Counted from the first letter of the stretch, positions 27,098 through 37,523 are shown. The stretch: 53,344 bases of DNA from a virus (IMGVR_UViG_3300030329_003045:1-53344); one strand, 5' to 3'. Made by a program: numbers and translations. Notes: generated by a model not told the origin, from the letters alone.

Positions 27098-27890
27098 CTG
27101 TTCCTCCTATAGAAAGATCTAACTCATTGTATAATTCTTGTGGACGTTCATAAGGTTCGCCTGCTGCTGTCCCATATGTAGAAAGAAGATCATTTACTTG
27201 GTTTCTTAAACTCATTGCAAGGTCTGCTTTATCCTTATTTAATTGAGTTGTTTTAGCCATAGCATCTTGTATTAATTGATTCTGTTGTAAAGATTGAACT
27301 CTTCCAGATGCGCCAGAAGTGGCCATACCCACCTGTTTTTGTAAATTCTGTGAAGTTTGCTGAAAGTTCATTTGAGAGCCTAAAGTTTGATTTATATTTA
27401 AATCTCTTGTTTTATCAAAATATCCGCCTGGAGAAAAAGCTGCTTGAGCAGTTTCTGTAATTCCTTCCATACCTAATTCTAAAGCCTCTGAAGCACGATT
27501 TATATTAGCATACTCTGTTCCTTTACCAAATAGAGATCCAACAATTCCATGTTTACCAAAATGGGTATCCCAAAATCTCGCAGGATCTATTTCTGGGCCT
27601 CCAGCCCATTCCGAAATATCCGATAATATATCTATAGGCCCAGGTGCATTACCTGCAAGAGTATCTTCTAACCATGATGAAAATAAACTATATTCTCTCA
27701 TTCCTGTATTAGGATTAATTGTTCCTGAACCAATGTTTTGAACAACATTTTCACCTTTTGTACCATAGTTATCTATTAAATATGCTTCAAAAACATTAAC
27801 ATGAGAAGGTTCGCCTTTAACTGTCCTAACAGCAGTATCTTCGTATCTACCTTTACTACTTATATTCTCTGTATTATAAAAATTATTCAT
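27090..27890 (-). CDS. Putative internal virion/ejection protein
   Basis: GRYEDT...HVN..EA...GSGTINPNTGMREY motif of podovirus-like internal proteins; Gln-rich C-terminus. Confidence 0.65.
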   Translation of the reverse strand: MNNFYNTENISSKGRYEDTAVRTVKGEPSHVNVFEAYLIDNYGTKGENVVQNIGSGTINPNTGMREYSLFSSWLEDTLAGNAPGPIDILSDISEWAGGPEIDPARFWDTHFGKHGIVGSLFGKGTEYANINRASEALELGMEGITETAQAAFSPGGYFDKTRDLNINQTLGSQMNFQQTSQNLQKQVGMATSGASGRVQSLQQNQLIQDAMAKTTQLNKDKADLAMSLRNQVNDLLSTYGTAAGEPYERPQELYNELDLSIGGTGG

Positions 27891-28561
27891 TATCTAAAAA
27901 GATTCTTCCCTAAACCAATCCCAGCTGACCATAAAGCCCAGGCTGGATTTAAAAGTGAACCAATACCTAAAGCTGTTTGAGCCATAGTAGCTGCTTTATA
28001 TGCATCTGATTTTTTAGCGAAGCTTTTTTTATCTCCCAACATTTCGTAGCCTCCTGAAATACCTGAAAGTGCTCCTGATAATGGAGAACTTAAACCTTCT
28101 TTTACTCCACCCAATAAATCTTTCATTTTTGCACCCATTCCAACAGCTGGGTCTGGAGTTGTATATGATTTATATTTTGTTAATAATTCCATTTCAGGCT
28201 GAGTAATCGTTCCAGCTTTCTGTAATTCTTCTAATCTCGTTACTTCACTAAGCATCCCTTGAGTAGGTTCAACCATATCTCTACTTTTAGCAAAAAATTT
28301 CCCAGGATCATGCCAAGGTTTATCTATATGCTCAGCACTAGTTTGAAAAACCTTCTCACCATCAGCACCAAATTCTAAGTCTTTTAATTCTTTAGCACCT
28401 ATTTGCTGTTCAGATTTATAACTTTTTATACCTGTAGGAACAAGCTGAGCTGCATATCCTATAGTTTCAGATCTTTGTTGAGCTCTTTCTTGTCTTTCCC
28501 TTGCTATCTCTTCCATTATACGCTTGGCATCTGAATAGCCGTACATTTTATCAATATCCAT
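27890..28561 (-). CDS. Putative ejection protein with Gly/Ala-rich hydrophobic C-terminus
   Basis: ALGIGSLLNPAWALWSAGIGLG; first gene after the putative promoter. Confidence 0.55.
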   Translation of the reverse strand: MDIDKMYGYSDAKRIMEEIARERQERAQQRSETIGYAAQLVPTGIKSYKSEQQIGAKELKDLEFGADGEKVFQTSAEHIDKPWHDPGKFFAKSRDMVEPTQGMLSEVTRLEELQKAGTITQPEMELLTKYKSYTTPDPAVGMGAKMKDLLGGVKEGLSSPLSGALSGISGGYEMLGDKKSFAKKSDAYKAATMAQTALGIGSLLNPAWALWSAGIGLGKNLFR

Positions 28562-28589
28562 ACCTAAAAACCCCTATAATTTGCCAATT

Positions 28590-28620
28590 TAATATAACTC
28601 ATTTTACTCCATTATTCCAA
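28590..28620 (-). promoter_or_regulatory. Putative promoter for the ejection-protein module
   Basis: Minus strand TTGGAA-N17-TTATATTA in a 65-bp intergenic gap; same layout as 52411-52441. Confidence 0.5.
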
Positions 28621-28626
28621 TACTTT

Positions 28627-29703
28627 TTATCTCGTTATAAATTTTAATGTTAAACTTCCTGTAAATGTCCTTGTCGCAGTAGCATCATTATGAAAAATAG
28701 TTGGCATAACAATATCTCCAGCAGCTAAATCAACACTAAAATCTTCTTTACTAAATTTATATGGGACTCTCGAAGTTGAAACACTCACAGTTACTGCTCC
28801 AGCGTCTGCAAGAGTAGTGTCTCCTGTTCCTTCAGTTATTGAACCGTGCCATATTTTTACAGTCGGATTATTTGTCCCATTTTGATTTGCTATTACTCCA
28901 TGCATAGCAACTAATTTACAATCTTCAGGAACTACAAAATTTCCTGTAACACTTCTATAATTAAGTCCTGCAGGGGTTGCATCAGAGCTATCCCATTTCC
29001 TAGCTGAATCTGTATATCCATCATTATCAAGATAATAATACAGTCCATTTGTACCTGATAAGATATGAAAAGGGAAATATTGCCAAACAACTGCTCCTGA
29101 CGTTATTTCTGAACAACTTAATGTACTAGCTGCAACTAATGCGCCTGTATCATCAACAGTAAATTTAGAAGTTGTATCAGCAGAAACTCCAGAATCATCA
29201 TCAGTATGAGCATATATAAAGTAACTACCACCATTCCAAGAAGCATCATCAACTTGCTTTAATTGTAATTCATTTAATACAAAATACTTGTTTTCTACTG
29301 GATCTGTATAAGCAGAATCTTGTTGAGCAGTAAGTCTTAATACGCTAACATTTTCAGCCTTATCTGAGTATTCTTTTGGACTTATCCAAATAGTATCCTT
29401 TCCTCGAGCTGGCTGTAATGTAACATTTTTTCCTAAAGGATCGGCTACAAGAGCATCGCCAATTGAAGGGCCACCTAGAGTAGAGCCTTCTTCAGATTCT
29501 GAATTAGCAGATTCTCCTGAGGAAACCGCATATAACTTATTATTATGTAGTATATATTGAATTACCTTGCCTAGAACTTTTCTAAAAACAGGAACACCTT
29601 CTCTAAGATCAGAAATTAAAGGAACACCTTCTTTTACTGAAAATCTCTCTTGTTTTGTATGACCTAAAACTCTTACTTTTCTATCTACTCTAGTATTCGC
29701 CAT
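28627..29703 (-). CDS. Putative tail fibre/spike protein
   Basis: N-terminal GVP...DLREGVP anchor-like segment and beta-rich C-terminal domain; follows the nozzle gene. Confidence 0.55.
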   Translation of the reverse strand: MANTRVDRKVRVLGHTKQERFSVKEGVPLISDLREGVPVFRKVLGKVIQYILHNNKLYAVSSGESANSESEEGSTLGGPSIGDALVADPLGKNVTLQPARGKDTIWISPKEYSDKAENVSVLRLTAQQDSAYTDPVENKYFVLNELQLKQVDDASWNGGSYFIYAHTDDDSGVSADTTSKFTVDDTGALVAASTLSCSEITSGAVVWQYFPFHILSGTNGLYYYLDNDGYTDSARKWDSSDATPAGLNYRSVTGNFVVPEDCKLVAMHGVIANQNGTNNPTVKIWHGSITEGTGDTTLADAGAVTVSVSTSRVPYKFSKEDFSVDLAAGDIVMPTIFHNDATATRTFTGSLTLKFITR

Positions 29704-32462
29704 TATTTTATACTCTTCGCTCTAAATACTACATTTATATCGTATAATTCAAAATTATAATCAGTAGCTAATCCATCTATCTGAAACCAAATTCTCTTTA
29801 CCTTTTTTGCTGTATTATTATAAACTTTAAAACCTTCAGTATTGTCAGTAGTTAAAGAATCAGATAAAGGAGTAGCATCTACATTACCAGAAGAATCAGC
29901 AAATCTATGTAATTCTCCAGAATCTCCTGATATATCGCTATACATAACAATTGAAACTAAACTACCCTGTCCTTTATAATGAAAATAAACTTTATGAATC
30001 TTTTTATCAACTCCAGGCATACCAAAATCATAAGCTTTTGTAGTTATAGAGAAATTTCTATCAACTATTGTTTGATTATTTTTATCTTTAAAAAGTACAA
30101 GTTCTCCTTGTCCTACACCATATTGATGCGTTTTAGAAAGAGCTACAAGTAAATCTCCATTTTTATCATTAATAAAATTACTTAAATAACGACCAGCAGT
30201 ATTAAACTCATCAGCAATACTTGGTGTTATTTGTAAACCAGTTTGCCCTTGATCACTTTTAGCCCAAGACTGAGTTAAAAGATTACACATATAAAAAACT
30301 TTAGTATCCTCTTTTGTTAAACAATCAGCATTAGCTATAATTAATCTTCTATCTTTTGGAATATATCCAATAACAGGAGAAACATCTATATCTGAATTAT
30401 CATAACTATCACTATCACCATCCTTACCAAATCTAATAAAATCTTTCCATTCTTTTGCATCTATTAATCTAACATTTTGTCTTTCTAATAAATTTGTAAT
30501 TTGTGTTCCATCAAACAAATAACACCCATCCTCATTAACCCAAGCAACACCATAATCTGTTTTACATACTGCTCCTGGCCCTCTTATACCTTTATAAGGA
30601 AAAGATTCTTCTAAAATATCCAATTCTCCAGATATATTTATAATATCTAATCTATCACTTTTAAATTGAAGTAATCTATCAGCATATTCTTCAAGTCTAA
30701 CTATTTCTGAACCATCTAATCTTGTTGTTTCAAGTCTATTAGAAAAAGGAAAAGTATCAAATTGATTTGTATTTGACTGTAAAATTAAATCCTCATAATT
30801 AACACCATCATAAGTAATATTACCAATATATACTCTTCTATTTGCTATAACTGAAGTTTGGAATCTAACATCAGTAATTATATCTGATCTAAAGTGTCCT
30901 GTTTCAGCTTCCCAAGAAGAAATTAAAGGAGGGTCTTTGAATTCAAACATTTTAGATTTTAATCCACGTCTTTCAGGACTCAAATAATTAACGCGTACTA
31001 ACCTATCAAAAGTCGTATCATTAGCAGATTGAAATCCCTTCTCTAAATTAAATTCACATAAAAACATATAATTTTTAGAAGAAGCTCCTGACCATGAAGC
31101 TGTACCAGCTTTTTGCCAATATAACTTAATACCAACTATTCTTCTGTCACTTAAAAAATCTGAATCATTTACAGCAATTTCAATTACCATATTAGCATTT
31201 TCATGTTCTCCATATACAGACCCTAATGAAGATAAGGCACTTTCACCACCACCTAGATATACATAAGAAACATAATAATTATATTTCCATTCCTCTTGAT
31301 TGCTCGGAATTTGTGACCATGTTCCTGTTCCGTCAAAACCAAAAGTATCAATACCATAAGAAATAGCAACTACAAATTCACCTTTTTGAGCAGGGAGATA
31401 CACCGATGCTCCTTGTGAAGCAAATAAGACAGCGCTAAGGCTGACTTTATATTGATTACTATCATTTAATGGTATACCTATTTCTGGTGGTGATAAAAAA
31501 GCATCGCCTTGCCACCATCCGTTAACCTCCAAAGCATGAGCTCTATAATCTGAAGTCTCTCCATCATCATTTATATTATCCTCATGAACTATACTAGTTT
31601 TTAAATAACCTAAAAATTGATTACTTTTTTCATCATTCGCTGAAAAATTAGCAGATTCTCCATCAGACCATCTTAATGCACCATCAACATAATAGAAAGA
31701 AGTTTTTGGTCTAGTGTTTAATCTTGTTCCTAATGGATAACCATACTCTAAAGGCCCCCAAATTTTCCCACCTTCTTTTTGATGGCTATACAATTGAACA
31801 CCTGATCTGATAAATGGATGAAAAGAACTCTTTGCAAAATACTCAACTTCTTCATTTTTAGCTGAAAAAGAAACACGATTTCCTGTCCAAAGTACATTCA
31901 CTTCTCCATTACCACCTACACTTCCGTCTAATGAAACTTCATAATCTTCAGATGTAATCTCCATGTTTATAAGTGTCCCTAAAGATTGTGAGCTAGAAAG
32001 TATTTTACTTCCAAATATACGCCCTTCATTAAATTGTCCTGTTAAATAAGGATGGTCTCTCACAAAAATTTCACAATCTTTAAAAGCATTTGCTGGTATT
32101 ATTATATCTTGAGGGTTTTCAAAACGTACAGTTACCATTGCTATCGGGTTTGTATCCGATACTGGAATAATAGCCTCAACCTCCCCATGCTGAAATTCAT
32201 AGTGAATATGTCCATTTACTTTATCTGATTTAAACTGAAAAAGTCCAGTACCAGGATAACAATCAAAATCCTTTATTCCCTCACCAGAAATAGGATTTTC
32301 ATAAGTTTGCTCTTCAAACTGACCAATAAGATTTATTCGCCCCTTATCAAATGTTTCAACACCATCAGATAATGCGAGTTCTACATCTTCAATTGCTTGC
32401 TTATCAGTAGCAGTATTAAGACCACCTACAAAAGAATCTATTTTAAATATTTGTTTTGGCAT
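29703..32462 (-). CDS. Tail nozzle / tubular protein B-like
   Basis: MPKQ..I.SF.GGLN N-terminus, propeller-like repeats, TKAYDFG.PG..KKIHKVY. Confidence 0.75.
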   Translation of the reverse strand: MPKQIFKIDSFVGGLNTATDKQAIEDVELALSDGVETFDKGRINLIGQFEEQTYENPISGEGIKDFDCYPGTGLFQFKSDKVNGHIHYEFQHGEVEAIIPVSDTNPIAMVTVRFENPQDIIIPANAFKDCEIFVRDHPYLTGQFNEGRIFGSKILSSSQSLGTLINMEITSEDYEVSLDGSVGGNGEVNVLWTGNRVSFSAKNEEVEYFAKSSFHPFIRSGVQLYSHQKEGGKIWGPLEYGYPLGTRLNTRPKTSFYYVDGALRWSDGESANFSANDEKSNQFLGYLKTSIVHEDNINDDGETSDYRAHALEVNGWWQGDAFLSPPEIGIPLNDSNQYKVSLSAVLFASQGASVYLPAQKGEFVVAISYGIDTFGFDGTGTWSQIPSNQEEWKYNYYVSYVYLGGGESALSSLGSVYGEHENANMVIEIAVNDSDFLSDRRIVGIKLYWQKAGTASWSGASSKNYMFLCEFNLEKGFQSANDTTFDRLVRVNYLSPERRGLKSKMFEFKDPPLISSWEAETGHFRSDIITDVRFQTSVIANRRVYIGNITYDGVNYEDLILQSNTNQFDTFPFSNRLETTRLDGSEIVRLEEYADRLLQFKSDRLDIINISGELDILEESFPYKGIRGPGAVCKTDYGVAWVNEDGCYLFDGTQITNLLERQNVRLIDAKEWKDFIRFGKDGDSDSYDNSDIDVSPVIGYIPKDRRLIIANADCLTKEDTKVFYMCNLLTQSWAKSDQGQTGLQITPSIADEFNTAGRYLSNFINDKNGDLLVALSKTHQYGVGQGELVLFKDKNNQTIVDRNFSITTKAYDFGMPGVDKKIHKVYFHYKGQGSLVSIVMYSDISGDSGELHRFADSSGNVDATPLSDSLTTDNTEGFKVYNNTAKKVKRIWFQIDGLATDYNFELYDINVVFRAKSIK

Positions 32463-32467
32463 AGCAA

Positions 32468-32537
32468 TTTAGTTGAGAGAGGATCGTCATGATAAACCAG
32501 TATAACAACGCAAGAGGAATACACCTCCCTCAACTAA
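32468..32537 (-). promoter_or_regulatory. Intergenic stem-loop upstream of the nozzle gene
   Basis: TTAGTTGAG.../...CTCAACTAA inverted repeat enclosing ~45 nt. Confidence 0.45.
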
Positions 32538-32541
32538 TCTC

Positions 32542-32727
32542 CTAGTCTTTTATTAAAGCTTCTTTAACTACATCTTCAACACTATCCCAAATAGCATCTA
32601 AGATTTTAGCTTCAGTTTTTTCAGAAATAAATGGAATATCTACATTCTCATTCATTCTTTTTATCATTTTCTCTTTCATTTCGTCATTGAATATATATCC
32701 AGCGACTATTTTACCAAATCCAGACAT
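32542..32727 (-). CDS. Small conserved hypothetical protein (NENVDIPFISEKTEAKIL)
   Basis: ORF with RBS, coupled to the upstream micro-ORF. Confidence 0.75.
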   Translation of the reverse strand: MSGFGKIVAGYIFNDEMKEKMIKRMNENVDIPFISEKTEAKILDAIWDSVEDVVKEALIKD

Positions 32728-32798
32728 TAGTATTTTCTCCTTTTTTTAGGTTTTGTTTTTTTAGGTTTACTCGGTTTTCTTGGATTTTTATAAGCCAT
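32727..32798 (-). CDS. 23-aa Lys/Arg/Pro-rich peptide (not in ORF track)
   Basis: AGGAGG RBS; MAYKNPRKPSKPKKTKPKKRRKY; TAATG overlap with the next gene. Confidence 0.65.
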   Translation of the reverse strand: MAYKNPRKPSKPKKTKPKKRRKY

Positions 32799-32811
32799 TT
32801 AACCTCCTTTA

Positions 32812-33258
32812 TTATGCACTTGCTATAAACAGTTCTACAGAAACAGCATTGCCAGCAGGATTAACCTGTAGCGTTACTATATCAGCCATAGTTCCAAAAC
32901 TTGGACTTGTATCAGCTTGAGCTAACATTAAATCGTCAGCACTTCCAAGTACATGACTATGACCAGCAGCTAACGTAACTTGATACAATGTTGCTGCACC
33001 TACCACAGCTAACTCAACAGGATTAGTGCTATCAAGATTTGTTACCCTAATATATTTGCTAAGTTGTGCATCTACAGCTCCTGCAGCACCAGTTACTGCA
33101 TCATTAAAAGTTAAAACTGTTGTAGTTGCACTAGCTGGGCAAGAAACAATTCTTTTATAGACATCATTTATTCCAGTAATACTTAATGTATTTGAGCTAC
33201 CTTGATTTGAACCATTTAAAACAACACTTTCAGTAACTGTTGTTGTCAAAGTTGCCAT
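32812..33258 (-). CDS. Putative virion structural protein (beta-rich)
   Basis: MATLT..VTE.V.LNG...KYIRVTNLD pattern; Thr/Ala/Ser-rich. Confidence 0.65.
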   Translation of the reverse strand: MATLTTTVTESVVLNGSNQGSSNTLSITGINDVYKRIVSCPASATTTVLTFNDAVTGAAGAVDAQLSKYIRVTNLDSTNPVELAVVGAATLYQVTLAAGHSHVLGSADDLMLAQADTSPSFGTMADIVTLQVNPAGNAVSVELFIASA

Positions 33259-33461
33259 TATTTTTCTCCTTTTTTATAATTACACTTAAATTCTTTAGGT
33301 GGATGAGACACTTTTTCTAATAAATTAAGGCGCTCCTCCAAATTCTTTACTTTTTCATCTAACTCATTATCATCAAAAACATAACTCATAATCTTATCTA
33401 ACTTAAAGTGTTTAGTTAGAGAGTTAGCAACTTGATTTATTAACATTTTAGGAATTATCAT
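33258..33461 (-). CDS. Hypothetical protein
   Basis: Coupled ORF. Confidence 0.65.
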   Translation of the reverse strand: MIIPKMLINQVANSLTKHFKLDKIMSYVFDDNELDEKVKNLEERLNLLEKVSHPPKEFKCNYKKGEK

Positions 33462-34840
33462 TCTTCATCCAAAATATATGTATCATATCGATTAATCATA
33501 TCTGTACCATAAGTAGTACTCTCTCTAAGATTCTCAATTATCTGTTTATACTCATTAAAATCAAGCGCACCACTTTGATAGTCTCTTTTAAAAGTTAGAA
33601 ACATAGATTCCATAAGGTCATCTATAATTGGCTGCTGAATACCATATCCATGAAAATCACTATATCCTATATCCCCTCTTTCTGCCCAATATTCAGGATG
33701 TTTTAATGTGGTGTCTGTATAAAATTTAGAATGACCATGAAAAGGGCCTTCTTCACCCAAAACATCTAATGCACCTTTTAAACCAGTATATCCCTGTATT
33801 TGACTCATAGAGCCTGAAGGTAATTCATCACCAATAGCCTCTCCTCCCCCATATCCTTTAGTAGCATAATACTGATACCCTTGATCAAGAAATTCATCAA
33901 GATCAAATTCTTTACCTTGTAATTGAGCTACATGAGCTAATTCAACACCAAGAATTCGTAATGTTTGTCCTAATGATTCATCCTTCCCAGTTCTTATAAG
34001 TACCGTCCTCTGCAGAGCTGGAATAAGATCATAAAGGACTTCATTTGCTCCAGTTTCAAGTATTGCATCAGTAGTTAATCCATGAAGTAATGAAAGACCT
34101 CCAGCCCAATCTTCTGATCTCTCCTCCCATACTTCTTCCGCATTTCCCATTGGACCATAGACTACAGGCTCTCCATATTTGTCTCCAAAAAGAATACTTA
34201 AAGGATTTTGAACAAGCCAATCAGCAAGCACGTTATCAAAAGTATAAGCTGCAGCCCCTGTCACTTCTTGAAGTGATTCTGGTATAGTCTTTCTTAAAGC
34301 AGCTCTGCTTCCTGTATGAGTTGGATCAAATTCCCAACCAAACCGATACGCATCATTTTTCAATGAATCTAACACATTATATATTGGAGTAAGCTTCCAA
34401 GCTTCATCACTAATACCTTTAAAATCATCGCCTAAAACTTTCATAAGTTCTTGTTCATATTGCCACTTAAAAGTGTGTTGAAGAGATTCGCTTTCAGGAG
34501 ATTCACCAATATATTTATAACGTTCATCTTCATTTTCAAAGGTATCTAAGAAACCTTGTTGTGCTTCTTTTAATTTTTTTAACTCTTCTTCTGATGGTAA
34601 GTCAACTATTTTATTTCCATATTGATCATAGGGAATATATGAAGTTGCACCACCATACCTAGTAGATATATTTTTATTAATATTAGAACTTGTATCTTCT
34701 TTATAAGTTACATCACCAGCAGGTGGCAAATCATTATATTGACCAGATATATGCTTAACACTACCAATAGTATTTTCATCTATTATCTCAACTTCATATA
34801 GATGACCATCTCTTTCCATTAATTCTTTTCTAATAGCCAT
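33458..34840 (-). CDS. Hypothetical acidic protein with degenerate zincin-like motif (VELAH)
   Basis: 460 aa; ILGVELAHVAQ. Confidence 0.6.
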   Translation of the reverse strand: MAIRKELMERDGHLYEVEIIDENTIGSVKHISGQYNDLPPAGDVTYKEDTSSNINKNISTRYGGATSYIPYDQYGNKIVDLPSEEELKKLKEAQQGFLDTFENEDERYKYIGESPESESLQHTFKWQYEQELMKVLGDDFKGISDEAWKLTPIYNVLDSLKNDAYRFGWEFDPTHTGSRAALRKTIPESLQEVTGAAAYTFDNVLADWLVQNPLSILFGDKYGEPVVYGPMGNAEEVWEERSEDWAGGLSLLHGLTTDAILETGANEVLYDLIPALQRTVLIRTGKDESLGQTLRILGVELAHVAQLQGKEFDLDEFLDQGYQYYATKGYGGGEAIGDELPSGSMSQIQGYTGLKGALDVLGEEGPFHGHSKFYTDTTLKHPEYWAERGDIGYSDFHGYGIQQPIIDDLMESMFLTFKRDYQSGALDFNEYKQIIENLRESTTYGTDMINRYDTYILDEE

Positions 34841-34844
34841 TTTA

Positions 34845-35093
34845 TTACTCTATATCCATTATTAATTCTTCTAATCTATTAAATCTATCATCTAATTTAG
34901 TTTCAATCTTTGCTTGCCCTATTTTTAAATTAACTATAGCACTAGAATTATTATCTACTCTTTTAACAACTTTAGTTTGTTCTTTTTCAACACTATCTAT
35001 TTTTGTAGTTGTTGAGCCTTGAGTAAATATAAAGGTACCTATTATAGTAGCTCCTGTTAATATTGTTCCTAGTGAAATCTTCTTATCAATCAT
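34845..35093 (-). CDS. Small membrane-anchored coiled-coil protein (holin/spanin-like candidate)
   Basis: KISLGTIL..TM segment then coiled coil. Confidence 0.55.
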   Translation of the reverse strand: MIDKKISLGTILTGATIIGTFIFTQGSTTTKIDSVEKEQTKVVKRVDNNSSAIVNLKIGQAKIETKLDDRFNRLEELIMDIE

Positions 35094-35101
35094 TATAACT
35101 C

Positions 35102-36457
35102 CTATTCAAACCAACTTCTTATTAATTTCATTGTTTTATTTTCTTCGGCCTTATCTTCTTCTTTAAATCCGAATTTACGGCCTCTTAATTCAAGTTCAAT
35201 TAGCCTTTTATCTCTAATTTCTTTTAATCTTCGACTTTCTTCTTCATACTCTTCAGTACCTTTATCATACGGAATATTATCCAAATTATGCCAATATTCT
35301 TGAGCTGCACCTAATTGTTCTCCTCTTAAAAAATCAACTTCATCTTTTATAAACTCAGCTTCAGTATGTGTCGTATCACGTGGTAAATACCAATCAAATC
35401 CTCTCGTACCACCTTCTGTCCATTCATTCATCATATTTTCTAAATATCTATATCCTTTAGGATTTTGTTTATATAACTGTTGGATTGCGTAATCTACTTC
35501 TCTATCATAATCCATTGAATGTTCCTGGCCAGAGAAATGAGATACTCCTGCTGGAGAATGAAGTAATTCATGTATAAATACATCTAATGTTTCTCTTGTA
35601 TCTGGAAATAAAGGAAGATTTAAAGTATCTTTTGTATCTTCCACACGCTCATAAAATCCTCCTATAGCTCCAGTATCCCCAAAAAGAGTCCTTTGTCTAA
35701 AAGGGTCTATTCCTTGAAAATGTATACCCTCATCTAATAACTTATTTCTAATTTCTTTGCTATATAAGCTATCAGTAGGAAGGCCAAACATAGGTCCGTG
35801 TTTTTTTTCAAGGTGAGTATGACCATGACTAGCGTCATCATTCTGATCCTTTAAACTTAATTCTGCCAATAAAGAATCTAAAGTAGGCGCTATAGAATCT
35901 AATATATTTACAAGCTCTTCAGAATCTGGCTGTTCTAAATCATAATAAGTGCCCGCTTTAGTGCCATGTTTTGTAGAAGCAAAAGGTATTTGAGCGAATT
36001 TATCTTTATATTCTTCATACTCTTCCAATAAACGCTTTCTCTCACGTCTATCATCTTTAGTTACAGTTCCGCTTACATACTTCTTAGCAAAATCTTGCAT
36101 AAAATCAGGATAAAATTCACTAAACCATTCCAATTGAGGATCTTTTCCTCTAATCATCTCAGGAGCTTTCATAAATCCTTTTATAGGTGTAGCTTCAGCA
36201 CTAACATAAGGCCCATCAGTAGGGCTATATAAAACATCATATCTAGGGACATTAAAATCTAAACCTTCGTTCCAATTAGCAAAACGACCTTGTACTTTTG
36301 ACGGAAACAATCTATGAGTATCTTTTCTCATTATATTACCTGATTCAGAAGGTCTAATAGAACTGACTTCAGGAGTATCTTTAGCTAATTCTTCTTCAAG
36401 AATGCTAGTATCAACATCTTTAAAATAATCCCATACATATTTACTAGCTTCACTCAT
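35102..36457 (-). CDS. Putative zincin metallopeptidase
   Basis: GGFY...LNLP...LDVFIHELLHSPAGVSH (HExxH plus downstream His). Confidence 0.6.
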   Translation of the reverse strand: MSEASKYVWDYFKDVDTSILEEELAKDTPEVSSIRPSESGNIMRKDTHRLFPSKVQGRFANWNEGLDFNVPRYDVLYSPTDGPYVSAEATPIKGFMKAPEMIRGKDPQLEWFSEFYPDFMQDFAKKYVSGTVTKDDRRERKRLLEEYEEYKDKFAQIPFASTKHGTKAGTYYDLEQPDSEELVNILDSIAPTLDSLLAELSLKDQNDDASHGHTHLEKKHGPMFGLPTDSLYSKEIRNKLLDEGIHFQGIDPFRQRTLFGDTGAIGGFYERVEDTKDTLNLPLFPDTRETLDVFIHELLHSPAGVSHFSGQEHSMDYDREVDYAIQQLYKQNPKGYRYLENMMNEWTEGGTRGFDWYLPRDTTHTEAEFIKDEVDFLRGEQLGAAQEYWHNLDNIPYDKGTEEYEEESRRLKEIRDKRLIELELRGRKFGFKEEDKAEENKTMKLIRSWFE

Positions 36458-36749
36458 TATTCTTTTCCATTATCCTTAAAAATTTATCCTTCAACCCATT
36501 TCCACTTAATCTAGCCATTATTTCTACCTGTGCTTTAAATATACCATTTAACTTCTTTTGTTCCATTTGTACCATTTTTTGCTGATCTATCAACTTAATA
36601 ATAATACCTTCCAACCTCTTGAAGTCTTGGTCTAGCTCTGTCATAAGAGTAGATTGGATGAACTTGTTTTGTCTCCAAATAAAAAACCCGAACGCCATCG
36701 CTACCGCTACTGGTATTCCAAATTGTTCCAATATTGTAAGTATGTCCAT
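36450..36749 (-). CDS. Holin-like membrane protein
   Basis: ILEQFGIPVAVAMAFGFFIWRQ N-terminal TM followed by coiled coil. Confidence 0.55.
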   Translation of the reverse strand: MDILTILEQFGIPVAVAMAFGFFIWRQNKFIQSTLMTELDQDFKRLEGIIIKLIDQQKMVQMEQKKLNGIFKAQVEIMARLSGNGLKDKFLRIMEKNNE

Positions 36750-36752
36750 CCA

Positions 36753-37523
36753 TCACCCTTCTATCAATTCTCCCCATAATGAGGTTTTTCCGTTAATAAT
36801 TTGGATAATATGTACCGTAAACAACCCTCTAGCGTAAAAATCAACGATGGCAAAAGCATGAGCCCAGTTAATTCTTCTATTAGCAAGCCACTCATTTGAT
36901 TTTGGTCCCATATCCTTTAAGCAACCTATACTCCATGCACTTTTTGGTCCATCCATATGAGTTGCGCTCATTTGCTGTAAATCGTGCCAATGTCCGTACA
37001 TTACGTTGCATCCTAACTTCCTAATGTGGTTAGCAGTATGGTATTGACCACCATATTGATGCCCATGATAGAAGTAAAGTTTTCCCATTTTAAGATGCTT
37101 CCCGAATTGATAGTATTTGTAGCCGCGATCACTAAGATTAACAGCATTAGCAAATCTATAATGAGGTATATAGGGGTACTTTTCAACTGCCATATTAAGC
37201 CAATTATCATGATTACCCTCAGTAATATACTTCTCTTTACAACCCGCTTTATCCAGGGACTCATCAATTTGGTCCATTCCATCGTTAACATCCTTTATGT
37301 CCTTATCAAAATCTTTTATTAAATATTCTAGTGGTGGTGCTTTCCTCCTTTTAAATTTCCAAGCTGAAAAACCTTCCCACTCTCCAACATCTCCCAAATC
37401 TATATAAGCATCTGGTTTAACTATTTCTATAGTTTTCTTCAGGCAATTAATAGCCTTCTGATCATGTAATGGAAAGTGTTTGTCTGGAGTAACAATTACT
37501 CTCTTAACAACACCTTTATCCAT
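36753..37523 (-). CDS. Calcineurin-like metallophosphoesterase
   Basis: DKH, LGD, GNHD, HGH and GHWH motifs. Confidence 0.88.
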   Translation of the reverse strand: MDKGVVKRVIVTPDKHFPLHDQKAINCLKKTIEIVKPDAYIDLGDVGEWEGFSAWKFKRRKAPPLEYLIKDFDKDIKDVNDGMDQIDESLDKAGCKEKYITEGNHDNWLNMAVEKYPYIPHYRFANAVNLSDRGYKYYQFGKHLKMGKLYFYHGHQYGGQYHTANHIRKLGCNVMYGHWHDLQQMSATHMDGPKSAWSIGCLKDMGPKSNEWLANRRINWAHAFAIVDFYARGLFTVHIIQIINGKTSLWGELIEG

